Shown here: positions 1-12,011 of the stretch, piece after piece
How positions within the stretch are numbered: position 1 is the first letter of the stretch
How the letters are laid out: every line of letters starts with the position of its first letter
NCBI RefSeq assembly: GCF_964355755.1
Contig: NC_092671.1
Location: forward strand, 9,300,001-9,364,000
Direction of reading: 5' to 3'
From: Antedon mediterranea
Lineage: Eukaryota > Animalia > Echinodermata
Length of the DNA: 64,000 bases
The notes under the pieces: generated by a model
What the model was told of the DNA's origin: nothing
What the model saw: only the letters and a program-made list of their open reading frames with translations
The model's database searches: none
Position numbers and translations under genes: made by a program

Positions 1-320
1 TTTAATTCAGTTACATTGATTTGATGTTTTGCAATTGAAATCTGTCCTAAACACATTTCGACAACATAATATAGATCGATGAATTTAGACGTTGTGACTA
101 TTAAGCTATTATAATATGAGTGATGTTAAAGTTCTTAAAAGAAGAACGTTGTGTTTACAAATTTAGAAGCGTTACAAATGAAGATCCGTTGCATTTAGAA
201 TCGTTAGGGGCCTACATGTACAATCTTTACAATAACACTTACACGTGTAATCGATACAGTAGATTCATATAACGGTTTAACGCGCAATTTGTACATACAC
301 AAAATCGACTATTTACATGG

Positions 321-480
321 ACAATCATTACATAGGCCTACATGCGGACTCTTTTCATGTACAATCATTACATAGGCCTACATGCGGACTCTTTTCATGT
401 ACAATCATTACATAGGCCTACATGCAGACTCTTTGCATGTACAATCATTACATAGGCCTACATGCGGACTCTTTGCATGT
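321..480. repeat. 40-bp minisatellite, about 4 copies
   Basis: ACAATCATTACATAGGCCTACATGCGGACTCTTTTCATGT starts at 321, 361, 401 and 441. Confidence 0.9.
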
Positions 481-1118
481 TTTATATCAAACCATAATTA
501 TATAATTAGTAAACAAATTTGTCATAATGATTTTGAGAAAGGCAAACAGTTGCACGCTTTTAGTCAACATTGACGTTTTGAGGTAATCATATAAATCATA
601 AAATACTAATTATAAATAAAATATCTGGATTTTGGTGTCAAATGCTCACATCAATGACGACTTTTAGCCAGAACGCCACCACGCGGTCACGATGTTAAAT
701 CCCATGAGTATAGTAGCGGTCCTACGGACGCTTGGCAGCTATCCCATGGGCATAAAATTTCCTTTTTTATGGTCCTCTTCCTCTTATCTTTAGATTTCAG
801 AACATCAATTTTGTTTATCAGTACAGCTAAACTGTATTCGAGTGAATAAGTAACACCGGATGATAAAACGAATGCAAGTTAACCTCTCCCCTTCGTGTTT
901 GACCTAAACACAAGAAGGGTTTCGAACTTTATAGTATAATTATTAATTGAATTAGGCATGTAAACAATTTATCTAGCAAGCACATTCAAAATATTATTTA
1001 AAAAAAATTAGGTTTAGGCCTATTTGTGATAACATAGCCTTAATTAAACATGATCGAATTCAGCTTTTAGTAAATTAAATTTTGCAAACGATACGGTAAT
1101 GTAAAGAGGACATCAGAT

Positions 1119-1300
1119 TTAAGTGCAGCACATCACCATTTTTACCCATATTTCAATCCGCCCATGACATGTTTGACAATATAACAATAGAAGAGGTGAA
1201 GAATGTTTGAACGACCATTTGAAAAGGTCCACCTGAGCTAGGAACATTTTAAATTCAGTATCAATTTTTCTTTTCCGGCTTAAAACGCACTTAAATGGCA
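1119..1300 (-). mobile_element. Possible degenerate hAT (SPIN/Buster-like) transposase N-terminal fragment
   Basis: The peptide SRKRKIDTEFKMF...W...YCQTC resembles the KRK(I/V)DxExRxF..W..CxxC start of GTF2IRD2/SPIN-type transposases. It is short and degenerate. Confidence 0.35.
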
Positions 1301-1401
1301 TTCGATCCTTCTTTCTTTTGGCACACCATGGTGATATTATAATTGTCCCTTCCGTGAAAATATCACCCCTCATATTTTCACCCAGCATATACTGCATACA
1401 A

Positions 1402-1548
1402 CAGACAACACAGACAGCAGTGCATACAACACAGACAGCAGTGCATACAACACAGACAGCAGTGCATACAACACAGACAGCAGTGCATACAACACAGACA
1501 GCAGTGCATACAACACAGACAGCAGTGCATACAACACAGACAGCAGTG
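1402..1548. repeat. 21-bp minisatellite, about 7 copies
   Basis: Tandem (ACACAGACAGCAGTGCATACA)n; explains the spurious TTQTAVH ORF. Confidence 0.95.
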
Positions 1549-1862
1549 TTTGTAACTTTACTTATTTTCTTCAGATTATGTTTAATTTTGTAATGAACAA
1601 ACTCGTATTATTCGTTTAATTTTCTTTATTCTTAGGCTATATATACATACTTCTATATTTTACTTTACAGTTAGACAAGCGTTTTGTTAATTACACATTA
1701 TAAAATCCATGTAATATTCTAAATCATGTATAATCACTTTACATTACTCATTTTTTTCACAATAAACACAAGCTTTCATTTTATTTACAAAATCAATGTC
1801 CATGATTAAAAACTGCAGCCCGCCCTCACCCGATGTAATATGTAAAACTTTCTGTCAAGTTT

Positions 1863-4800
1863 TTAAAGACATTCGTTGAACGATGGAGAAAGTTTGGAAA
1901 ACTTGATGCGTACATGGTTGTCCGTCTGTCCGCTTGAAATAAGCCGTACTGTTGAACTTTGACACTGCAGTGGAATGGAGAGACCACCTGTAACGTAAAA
2001 AATATTATAGAATTTGTGTTTATCTTAATGGAGTCATTTAATCTGTTTTATGTAGGCCTAAGTATGAAAATTCCAACAGATGCAATATTTTTGATGGCGC
2101 TAGTTACTATCCGTTATGCATGATTAATTTATACGAATGGTTACGTAATGTAGTATAAAATACAGTGTAGACGTGTTGCTGGTGCGGGTAGCTCGGTGTA
2201 TATGTACTTGTTAGCAGGCCATCATTGTTGGGATTAAAGTCTGAATGAATTTAACTTTGTTTACACACGAGTTTTTATCGAGTATTTTTTAGTAATATTC
2301 GAGGAATCGAAAATCGGTTTGGAGAGTTTAGATATAGATTACGATACTATCTTATTTAAAATAGTACATCATTTATCTTGTACAGAAAATGATGTATCTA
2401 GAGAACTCTTATCTACCCTATTAGTTTTTACGTGAGACAGTGGTAAAAATAATGTATTTTTAGTTCAATTGTGTATTGTACAAATGATTTCTCTCTCTTC
2501 AAAATAGGACACTTATTATCGTGTCTGTAATCGTTAATTCTTAAACACGTTTTCAATTATAAACCAAACACCTAACCATTTAAATGTAATTGCTTCAAAT
2601 ACACCTATTATACAATTATTACAACCTGGCTTTATATATAGAATAAACCCAAAGGAATGTAAGGAAAACATTTTTAAGTGTCTTATTTCCTCATAATTGA
2701 TAATCATCAGTTCCTTATAAGTAAATCGTATTATTGTTCTTACTTCGTTTACAAACAATTCCGGCGGCCGTCGTCGTGTCATTAGTCGACTCATAATCCT
2801 AAAAGTAATAAATAAAGTAAAATATAAAGAAAATACTTTTAATTATTTTCAATCAGTAAAGTAACACGTTGCTGAATTGATATTTGTCGAGAGCACACGA
2901 TATTACAAAGATAGAACTGAATTATGTTCGACCTGTTTTAAACTGTTTTGTGCAACATGGTTAATGATGCCTGCATACATTTATTCTTGTTTTGTGTTCA
3001 CTAGAACGTTCCATTAGATTAACAATGCTTGGACATAACAGATAAGATATGTTTAAATGACTAACTAATATTAAGTTAGAGTTGTGTGAATGTTCTGATG
3101 ACACGATGTTTGTATTTCATTTTCTACAAACCTGAACTTCAACCGTTTCTGTCGAGCCACACATGACTTGTTCTGTTCTCATGAGTCCATAGTCAAGACC
3201 ATTTCCTTCCAAAAACTGCACTTGATCTGGTTCGCTGAAGCACTGAAGAAGTAACCACAACATTTTTTTACACTTGACATTTTGTTAAAATTTGTTAATT
3301 ATGTAGTATTTGCCAAGTAGGCTATTATCCTATTTACATGCTTTTTTGCACATAATGTACAAGTTATTGTTATGAATTACATGTTACCAATAGGTATTGT
3401 CTATTGAGTTTCATGAAAATCGATATATTGATTTATTAAAATCTCGAGTTATCTGTATCTCTTCAATATGGGCCGAATTAAATAGCACGCCCTCTCTCTC
3501 TGTGCTCTCTGCATTCTGTCAAAGATCTTAGAAAGTAAAGTCTTCGATTCTGCCAAGTATTCTGCTTATCAAGCCTGCACAAGTACTGTTAGTACATACT
3601 AAATTAATTTACATCGTGGTCCAAAATGTGTTAAAACAACTGAACCTTTAACTTGGTTTCGATACTTGGATCTCCAACCGTCATCTGAATTATGCTGATT
3701 GTCACTGGGTAGATTACCAAAAAAGTGCAATTCCGTCTCTCTCCATAATTCAACAAATCATATTCGCCGCTGGAGTCAGGTGCCATAGCATGACAAGCTA
3801 AAATGCGCAAAGTAATGGTGTTTGGTTGGTTATCATCAAACTACGCTTGTAGTAGGCATTGTAGTAGTACACTAATTCTAATTGAATAATAACTATTGTT
3901 TACTCACGTTTTGGATTTTTTCTTGTCCTAAATGTGATTTTAAAACTGCCAATGTTAGTTGGAAATGATAGCATAGCTACATTTTGTGACGATATAAACA
4001 CGCTATCGGAATCTTCTCCGCAAGCCTCAAACTGCCTGTTTTCCATCGAGTACGCATGCTCTTCTTCTGATGGAAATACAGCACCACCGAGTTTCCATCC
4101 GTCGAATATCTAAATCGTAGAATAAGGACGGTAACGATGACTTTAAATAACTCAGATCTTCATGAATACACATTTGCAGGATAATTGAATCGTGTTTTGC
4201 TATACATCGTGTAATATTAAATCTCCAACCCTATAATGGTTTCGAAACCGCAATCACATTATCACGGTTGAAACCCCGACCCTTCCTCCTCATTCCAAAG
4301 AAAAACATGTTCTTATTCATAATTCTTATTCGCCAATATATTTACATTTATTTAATGATATGATTACAGTTTGGTGTTTACTGAGAAGCAATTTGGATAT
4401 TATAAGGAGCAATTTATAAATGTCAGGAAATTAAGCACTACCAGAAAATTATTTGCTCACTCTTAATTTTCCGTCATTAGCAGAAGAAGCGTGCGTTTGC
4501 TGGCCTAGGTAGGTAGTAGTTGAATTCCAGGCTGGGGATGCGATTCTCACACCAGCGTTGAGTTTGTTCTATTTTATAAGCATTAAGGGGACGCCTTCGG
4601 GTACCACAAAGTGTCCCTCTCAATAGGAGTGTCCCTGAATAGATGTGTCAGGATTCTACTGTATCTGATTTATATCAGATCATTGTTAAGAAAAAGATCT
4701 TCAAACATTTTACCTGTAACTTATTACCATTGCATGGTATATCGATCTGTCTTATTTGAAATTCTACTAACTCGTCCATGAAATTGCCTATGAAATAAAC

Positions 4801-7800
4801 GGTGCATTGCCTCCTTCTTTCCGTGGGTGTGTATACATAATCCCCTTCAATGCCAACCATATCAAAACAATCTAGAGATAAAATCAAGCAACGGGAACTT
4901 TAGTATTTTCAATTTGTTCACCTACGCTCTCTTCGCCAACTATTTCATTTTATTTGATATATACTTCAACTACAGTATTAGCGTGAATAAACAGGATTAA
5001 TGCCTTTAATTTATTGTATAGATTAGACTTTTATTTTAAAATGTCCTGAATTAAGATCATAATTTGTGCACTGGCGGTATCTTAATAGCGAATAAACCTA
5101 AAACTATTGAATGAAAACAATATTGTTCACGTATTATGTAAAATTATTTTTGCAATTTATTAGATTTAAAAACCCCAATATTGTTTGCTATTTTAATGTC
5201 CCATAATATTTATTCACTTTTAACGATAACGATATTTTTGCTAAAATTTAATTATCTATTTTGTCTAGGCATATTTATAATACGTGAAATCTTTTATTTA
5301 ATTTTTGTTTGAGTGAATATTAAAATTAAAAAATGGCCTATGCAAGGTTTGATTTTATTCATCTTTAGTTTTCATATTGGGGGACTATGTAGGTCTATCA
5401 ATTCAACTCAAATCGTTAAAACATTATCATTTATCCTACTCTAGTAGCTGGTAGCTTAGAAATTTAATGTTTTACTTGTTTTATTACAATAAATATTTAT
5501 ACGACATTTTAACCTTTGATGGGAAGGTTTTACACTCAACCTCTTGTGCTATATTTCTTTAGAATAGCCATTATAATATATAATACTAAATTATTGTACA
5601 TGTATATTAAAACCACATTAAACGAAATGCGTGCGATACACCACTCATCAATCATTGATTACTTAGTTCAATCAAGGTTCAAAAGAACTGAACAATTCGT
5701 TTAAGAATTTTTTTTATCCAGAAAACTATCAATAGATTTTAACAGGCCGTTAAGATATTAGGTAGTAGAGATATTAGGTGGTAGAGTTGCGTCATTATTA
5801 TGTTTGCTATCAATATCAGAATCCTGGGTTCAAGTCCTTCAACTCAACTTCACTTTATGTAGGCCTACATGCTGGTGTCTTGTTGACGGATCGTTAACTA
5901 AGAGCCACTATTACGAAGACACTTTTGCAACCCAACAAAGTGTTCCCTGAATAGAGCTTTAATGTTTTAAAACTTACCCCTCGTTAGTTTCTCAAAAACC
6001 AATAGAAGTGTCTTCTGTGAGGCTACATGAACCATGTTTATTGCGTATAATTCAAGGTAACTTTGATAAACAAGATAAACCCTGCTAAAATCACTTACCG
6101 AGTGTTCTTTCAGACGGATGAAAATCACTCCGCTTCCGAAGTTCGAGCATGTCTGGTTTGTTAATCTAACGGAAAAAGATTAATACCTAACTGTAACACT
6201 ATAACTTTCAGTTTTCTAACATAATCATACAATTTTCCAGATTGAAATGTTTTAAACGTTATCAAGATATTAAACATTTCGGTCAGTTCACACATATTAT
6301 TCACACCTTACTGTATATTTGATTGAAACGTAAAACCTTTTTAAAAAGATGTATTTAATAATGATTTTGTAAGTGAATTCGAAAGAACAATGCTGTCTTT
6401 AACGGCGGCTGTATCTCGATATGCCTACATATTGTTGTTTTCATTTCATTCACGTTTATTTGAAACAGTCGAAGAAATAATATATTATAATATTATTACT
6501 GCCTTTCCGCTGAAAAGTCTGCCGACATTTCCGCTTGGGCTGCTCCGTAAATCTCTTTCTCATCAGTTTCTTCCAGTCTGATCTTTCATTGGCTAGTTCT
6601 TTAAGTTGTTTCATGTCTTTCTTGGTTTTCAATTGTCCGGGATACTTAATGTCTGTGTTATGCTTATAAAGGGTGAGTAATAGCAAAAGAACAAAAAGCT
6701 TTCGGAATACAATGATATTTCGTCAGGATAATTGTATAAATATTATGTTTATTTAAATTTTTGCTGAGAATATTATATCAATTTTAATTTGCTGCGCGTG
6801 CAAATATCGGGAACCCAGACTAGATCTGCTGCTCCACCTTGCTATGGTGAATGACATTTCTATCCAATAGATCGTAAAAGTACTAGTCTAATAAAAGGGT
6901 GTAGGCCTACATTTTGAAAATCCGATACTGGTTGGGGGCGATTTTGTTTTAATTTTCTTATCTTTATCCAATTAATTAGTAAGAATGATAAGGTTCAGAT
7001 TTATTGCTTGTCGGTTAAGATTAGAATGTGTTTATTCGGGGGAGGCATGCATTCGGGAGCTTTTTGATTTCCGACGACTTATGACCTACGTGATCAACAC
7101 CGTATGCGTAGGTCCTAGATAAATTAGACGGGTATACTAAAAATGTACTATGAAAGTAGAAAATAGTTGCCATATGTATAAAATATAAAGAACTCATAAT
7201 TGTGTTTAGATTTTAACTATACGAAGTGACAGTGCATTTATAAAAATACAGAAATAAATATTGATTGTTACAAATTTATTATGACGACTGCATTAAGACA
7301 TTGCTGCTTCTCTACACTTATTCTTTGATCACGCACTTAAACGTGACATTCAAAATGCTTCAAAATGTTTGTTTAATTTTAAAATGTTTATTTAATGTAG
7401 AGAGAGCACATTAATTGCTTAAACAGTAATTCAATATTTGATTACCATCGTGGGATGCAGCAAGTTTCCATCGATCCCAGATAAAGCAATGGACACCACC
7501 GTCGTATAGAACTTCCTGAGCGCGTGCAAAAGGTGATGCACACATGCATTTTTGTACGCACGCGTCATATTGATGATGATAATAGATTTTATTATACAGA
7601 GGCTATACAGTACACAAGTTTTGTTCCAACTTAGACGCAACGCAACAAGGTAGGCGCAGTGCAAGCGAGTTGACCAATTACAAATGAAATGATTGGTCAA
7701 ATTATTTAAGCTTGGTTCCCACTAGGATGCAACGCAAGGACGTAAACGCAAGGCAATCGTGTTGACCAATGAAAAGCAACAGTTAGAATAATCCATCGCT

Positions 7801-8206
7801 TGTGATTGTTCAACGTACTTACGTTGCGTTACGTCTTTGTGTTGCGTCTCTAGTGGGAACCAGGCTTTAGGGCGCGCTTTCGTCCTGGCCTTGCGTCTAA
7901 AGCTTGGTTCCCACTAGGACGCAACGCAAGGACGTAAACGCATTGCAAGCGGGTTGACCAATGACGAATGAGAGTTAAAATAATCCATCGCTTGTGATTG
8001 GTCAACTTACTTACGTTGCGTTACGTCCTTGCGCTGCGTCTCTAGTGGACACCAAGCATTAGTGAGAGCAAGAGACTAGGGCTATAACAAAAGTATAAAA
8101 GTATAAACAAACGAAACTAAATTCTTACCTTATGTTGTTGAGTTTTCGGCATACAACAAACAATATGAAACATAACAAAAACAAGGAATAGATAACTTGT
8201 AATCAT
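1863..8206 (-). CDS. CRHBP: Corticotropin-releasing hormone-binding protein (CRH-BP/CRF-BP), secreted, 8-9 coding exons
   Basis: Exons (-): 8129-8206 (MITSYLFLVFVMFHIVCC signal peptide), 6099-6165, 4714-4871 (DCFDMVGIEGDYVYT..QCTVYFIG), 3908-4109 (IFDGWKLGGAVFPSEEEH..SSQNVAML), 3646-3797 (PCHAMAP..RRNCTFLVIYPVTI), 3132-3242 (DQVQFLEGNGLD), 2744-2798, optional 2145/2208-2240, 1863-1987 (CQSSTVRLISSGQTDNHV, stop TAA). All introns are GT-AG with matching phases. Motifs match the CRH-BP family (VFDGW, SSQNVAM, NCSFSIIYPV, VVRMVSSG). AATAAA on the - strand near 1780. Confidence 0.93.
6560..6660 (-). mobile_element. RTE-like LINE 3' remnant
   Basis: The peptide QLKELANERSDWKKLM resembles the C-terminal A..R..W motif of RTE-clade ORFs. 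Confidence 0.35.
7709..7866. mobile_element. PIF/Harbinger-type MITE, family A
   Basis: TIRs AGCTTGGTTCCCACTAG / CTAGTGGGAACCAGGCT, flanked by TTA..TTA. Confidence 0.85.
7901..8058. mobile_element. PIF/Harbinger-type MITE, family A (second copy)
   Basis: Same TIRs and internal sequence as 7709-7866, with TAA/TTA flanks. Confidence 0.85.
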
Positions 8207-8299
8207 CTTTCAGCTTTTTCCTTCAACAGTATGAAAACCGGTTGAAATATCGGAAATAAATGAGATGGGGGTTTCGGCAACTCTGTTAATAGTAGTACT

Positions 8300-8450
8300 A
8301 ACTGATCTCCTTGTGCGTTCTGAGTAGAGGCAGGCGATCTAATTGCGCAGTTCGAAGTAGAGCTAAGCAATCTCTTTGCGCAGCTTTCGAAGTAGAGGCA
8401 GGCAATCTCCTTGCGTAGAAAAGTAGAGGCAGGCAATCTCCTTGCGTGGA
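8300..8450 (-). repeat. About 30-bp repeat (4-5 copies) in the predicted CRHBP 5' UTR
   Basis: AGTAGAGGCAGGCAATCTCCTTGCG units lie between the ATG (8206) and a - strand TATAAAA at about 8523-8529. Confidence 0.75.
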
Positions 8451-8519
8451 TCTGTACAGGTAGATGAACTCCTTGGGTACGCTCTCTTCCCTATTTGAGA
8501 ACGATCGTGTGTGATTTGG

Positions 8520-8532
8520 CTGGTTTTATAGA
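8520..8532 (-). promoter_or_regulatory. Candidate TATA box of CRHBP
   Basis: The - strand reads CTATAAAACC about 320 bp upstream of the ATG. Confidence 0.45.
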
Positions 8533-8689
8533 TGATAGTTTCTATTAGTAACGCCCCCGCTTGTTCTGTAAATAGATCGATTGTATCTAATTCATATCGT
8601 AGTTTGATAAGATGAATTATTGTATGGTGTCTGTGAGGATGATGATAGCAATGATGATGATGATTGAAGGGGATTGTTATGTGGATACG

Positions 8690-9515
8690 GAATATTAGGA
8701 TGATGATACTAAAGATGATAGTAATGATAATACTGAAGATGATATGAATAATGTTGATACTAAAGATGGTAGAAATGATGTTTATACTAAAGATGATAGG
8801 AATGACGTTGATACTAAAGATGATATGAATAATGTTGATACTAAAGATGATAGGAATGGTGTTGATACTAAAGATGATAAGAATGAGGTTGGTACTAAAG
8901 CTGATAAGAATGATGTTGATACTAAAGATGATAGGAATGATGTTGATACTAAAGATGATAAGAATGAGGTTGGTACTAAAGATGATAAGAATCATGTTGA
9001 TACTAAAGATGATAGGAATGATGTTGATACTAAAGATAATAAGAATGATGTTGATACTAAAGATGATAAGAAAGATGTTGATACTAAAGATGATAAGAAT
9101 GAGGTTGGTACTAAAGATGATAGGAATGATGTTGATACTAAAGATGATAAGAAAGATTTAATACTAATGATAAAGTAAGAATGTTGTTGATACTAAAGAT
9201 AGGAATGATGTTGATACTAAAGAATGATGATAGGAATGATGTTGATACTAAAGATGATAAGAATGAGGTTGGTACTAAAGATGATAGGAATGATGTTGAT
9301 ACTAAAGATGATAGGAATGATGTTGATACTAAAGATTATAAGAATAATGTTGATACTAAAGATGATATGAATGATGTTGATACTAAAGATGATAGGAATG
9401 ATGTTGATACTAAAGATGATAGGAATGATGTTGATACTAAAGATGATAGGAATGATGTTGATACTAAAGATGATAAGAATGATTTAATACTAAAGATAAT
9501 AGGAATGATGTTGAC
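8690..9515. repeat. 27-bp minisatellite, about 30 copies, upstream of CRHBP
   Basis: (GATGTTGATACTAAAGATGATAGGAAT)n variants; produce stop-free pseudo-ORFs in several frames. Confidence 0.95.
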
Positions 9516-11421
9516 ACGTGACCATTAATTTCAGTTTGTTCATTACTGTAAATTATCATCATTCATGTAGTGCGGTAGTCATCTGTTCAGAATAAGAAAT
9601 TCATCAAAAATAATTTAATTAAATTTCCATTTATGAAATGTATGCTCTATTTATTTATGATTTTAATTAAGGATTTAGTTGATTGATTTTGGTTGATTAG
9701 TCTTGACCTTTGAAAATATTCAAAGCACCCCGTAAAATCAACCGGGTAAATCGGACCAATGGTTGTTTTAATCGAGTGTTTTTAAACGTAATTACAATCA
9801 ATTTTGCTTATCTCATCTCTTTCACGTTTATATAGCATATATACGTTGTGCACAACAGATCAATACAAAATCTTCCTCCACTCACTTAAGAAGTGGTCAA
9901 GTGTTGCAATTAACACGTGGAGTGTCTCTATATCGCATAAATACATGTTTTGATAAAATTATTAATCGTAGTAAATATTTACAAACGGTTGCCAGGTAAT
10001 TCTAAAATGTTTTACTCATTTTCATCATTTGTTTAAAGCGACGCAAAAGGCTGAGAAGTATGTGGTTGGTGATATAGGCCTCGTATGATATTGTATGACG
10101 TCATAAATCGTTTTACTGGACTTGAGTGCTAACATTAACTCAATAGCAAGACATTTAGACACATCATCACCCAAAACAAACAAAAACACCCACAAACGCA
10201 AATTTACAATGTTGCACACTAAGTAATAATAAAGTAATAACATTTAACAGATAAAACGTCTTAAGATTGTATAATATAAAGTATTATAATAATTGTATAA
10301 TAAAGTACGTGTTTAGCGTTGCGTGCATACGATTTTACTGTGGCAGAAAAAAGCTTCACACATGAGCTCCACACATGGCAATTAAACACGTTTAAACCAA
10401 CGTGTCTTTATATTTCTCCACATGTTTCACAATCAACACGTCACTGATGTTTTGAGTTGGATACATACTAGGCCTACATGTTTAGAATGAAATGTAATCC
10501 TAAACATGTTTAAGGTTAAATGTGTGGGAAAAGTGTGTACAAAATACATGTTTAAGATCTAAACACTATTTTTACAGTGTATAATCGGAATTGATTAAAC
10601 CAGGAAAGAGTGAAATGTAATTTCACCATTAAACCCTGTACGGGAAATCACACGATGTGCATGAAGAGTAATAACTTATACGAATAATACACGGAATGCA
10701 CGTGTATTTTTTTAAGTTATAGTATACGAGTTTTGAAAATATTAGGCCCCTGTGTTTAGCCTGTGAGGGCTCATAGCCGTATACGCCACTGGCTACTGTA
10801 CATTACAAACAGGCAAACGTACCTAGATTGTTGGGAGTCCACCGCTCGTCTATTCGTGCTATTGATACTTAATACGAAATAATTACCATGATGAGTGGGC
10901 TGCAGCTTTTCTAATTAGCGGTAAATTTAATCAAATGTCATAACACTGTTAACGAGTTAATAATTAAAGTCCCGTCAAATTTAAATGAGGGTTGACCTTA
11001 TGTGATATTTATATTGCCATTTAAAACACGTTTAAGTGTTTTTGACAAGTTTTTTCATTTTTTATGATTTACGGTCATAGTTTGCTTGAATTCGAAACTG
11101 TTGTTATTCATTAATTCATTCATAATATAAAAACAATTAAAAATGTATTACGATTTATAAATCTATATTTCATAAATAATAAATCAATTGACTTATATAC
11201 TTATAGCATCAAGAATGAGAGGTCAATGAGAATAGATAATAAAGTTTTTTGCCTACGAATGTTATCTACAATTACTAACAGGAGCCTCCTTAAACATTAT
11301 GTGACAACAAATAATGTGATGTGCCCATATATGGACATAATTTCATATCAGTACCATATTTAGGAATATCACCACCATATTTAGGCACATCATACATTTT
11401 TTATAGTGTAGACAGACCTTG

Positions 11422-12011
11422 AGGCTAATTTACACAGACAAGCGGTAACGGTAATAAAAATATAGAATCTATGTTATTCCTTATTTACATACACTGCGGA
11501 GCAGACGGGCGTTTTCCGTTCAGGATAGATACAGATTCTACGTGGGACAAGTTACGTGGTTCTCCGCTTACCACCGTTAAGGCCCATTCACACTAGGACG
11601 ATAACGATGGACGATAAATATATAAACATGCATTTTTTTTACATAAAACAAAATAAATTAGAAAGGTTTTCGTTCTAGAACTATAGGATAATCATTTATG
11701 CTGTCTTTGATAAAATAATATTTTTAAAATTCCAATCAAATGACGTCATGATAAATAAAAACAATAAAATCGTTGTATTGTCACGATATTATTGCTCTTA
11801 CTAATCATGACGTCATTTGATTGGACGTGTGAAAATATCATTTTCATCAAAGGAAGCATAGATGGTTATTCTATAGTTCTAGAATGAAAAGTTTTTATAT
11901 TTCTTTTGTTTTATGTATGAAAAATGCACCTTTGTCTATTTATCGTCGATCGTTATCGTCCTAGTGTAAATGGGCCTTAAAAGACCGCTCGTCTGTTGTG
12001 TAAATTGTCCT
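11422..12011. mobile_element. MITE (TIR AGGCTAATTTACAC) interrupted by a long fold-back MITE at 11581-11976
   Basis: Outer ends AGGCTAATTTACACAGAC / GTCTGTTGTGTAAATTGTCCT. The inner element GGCCCATTCACACTAGGACGATAACG...CGTTATCGTCCTAGTGTAAATGGGCC is almost fully palindromic, with TTAA on both sides. Confidence 0.8.

Noticed and set aside
1318-1593. TTQTAVH-repeat ORF
   Set aside because: Translation of a 21-bp tandem repeat.
8363-9528. ORFs of 109-210 aa (DTKDDRNDV / IIFSINII repeats)
   Set aside because: Products of a stop-poor 27-bp minisatellite that is open in several frames on both strands; no splice or homology support.
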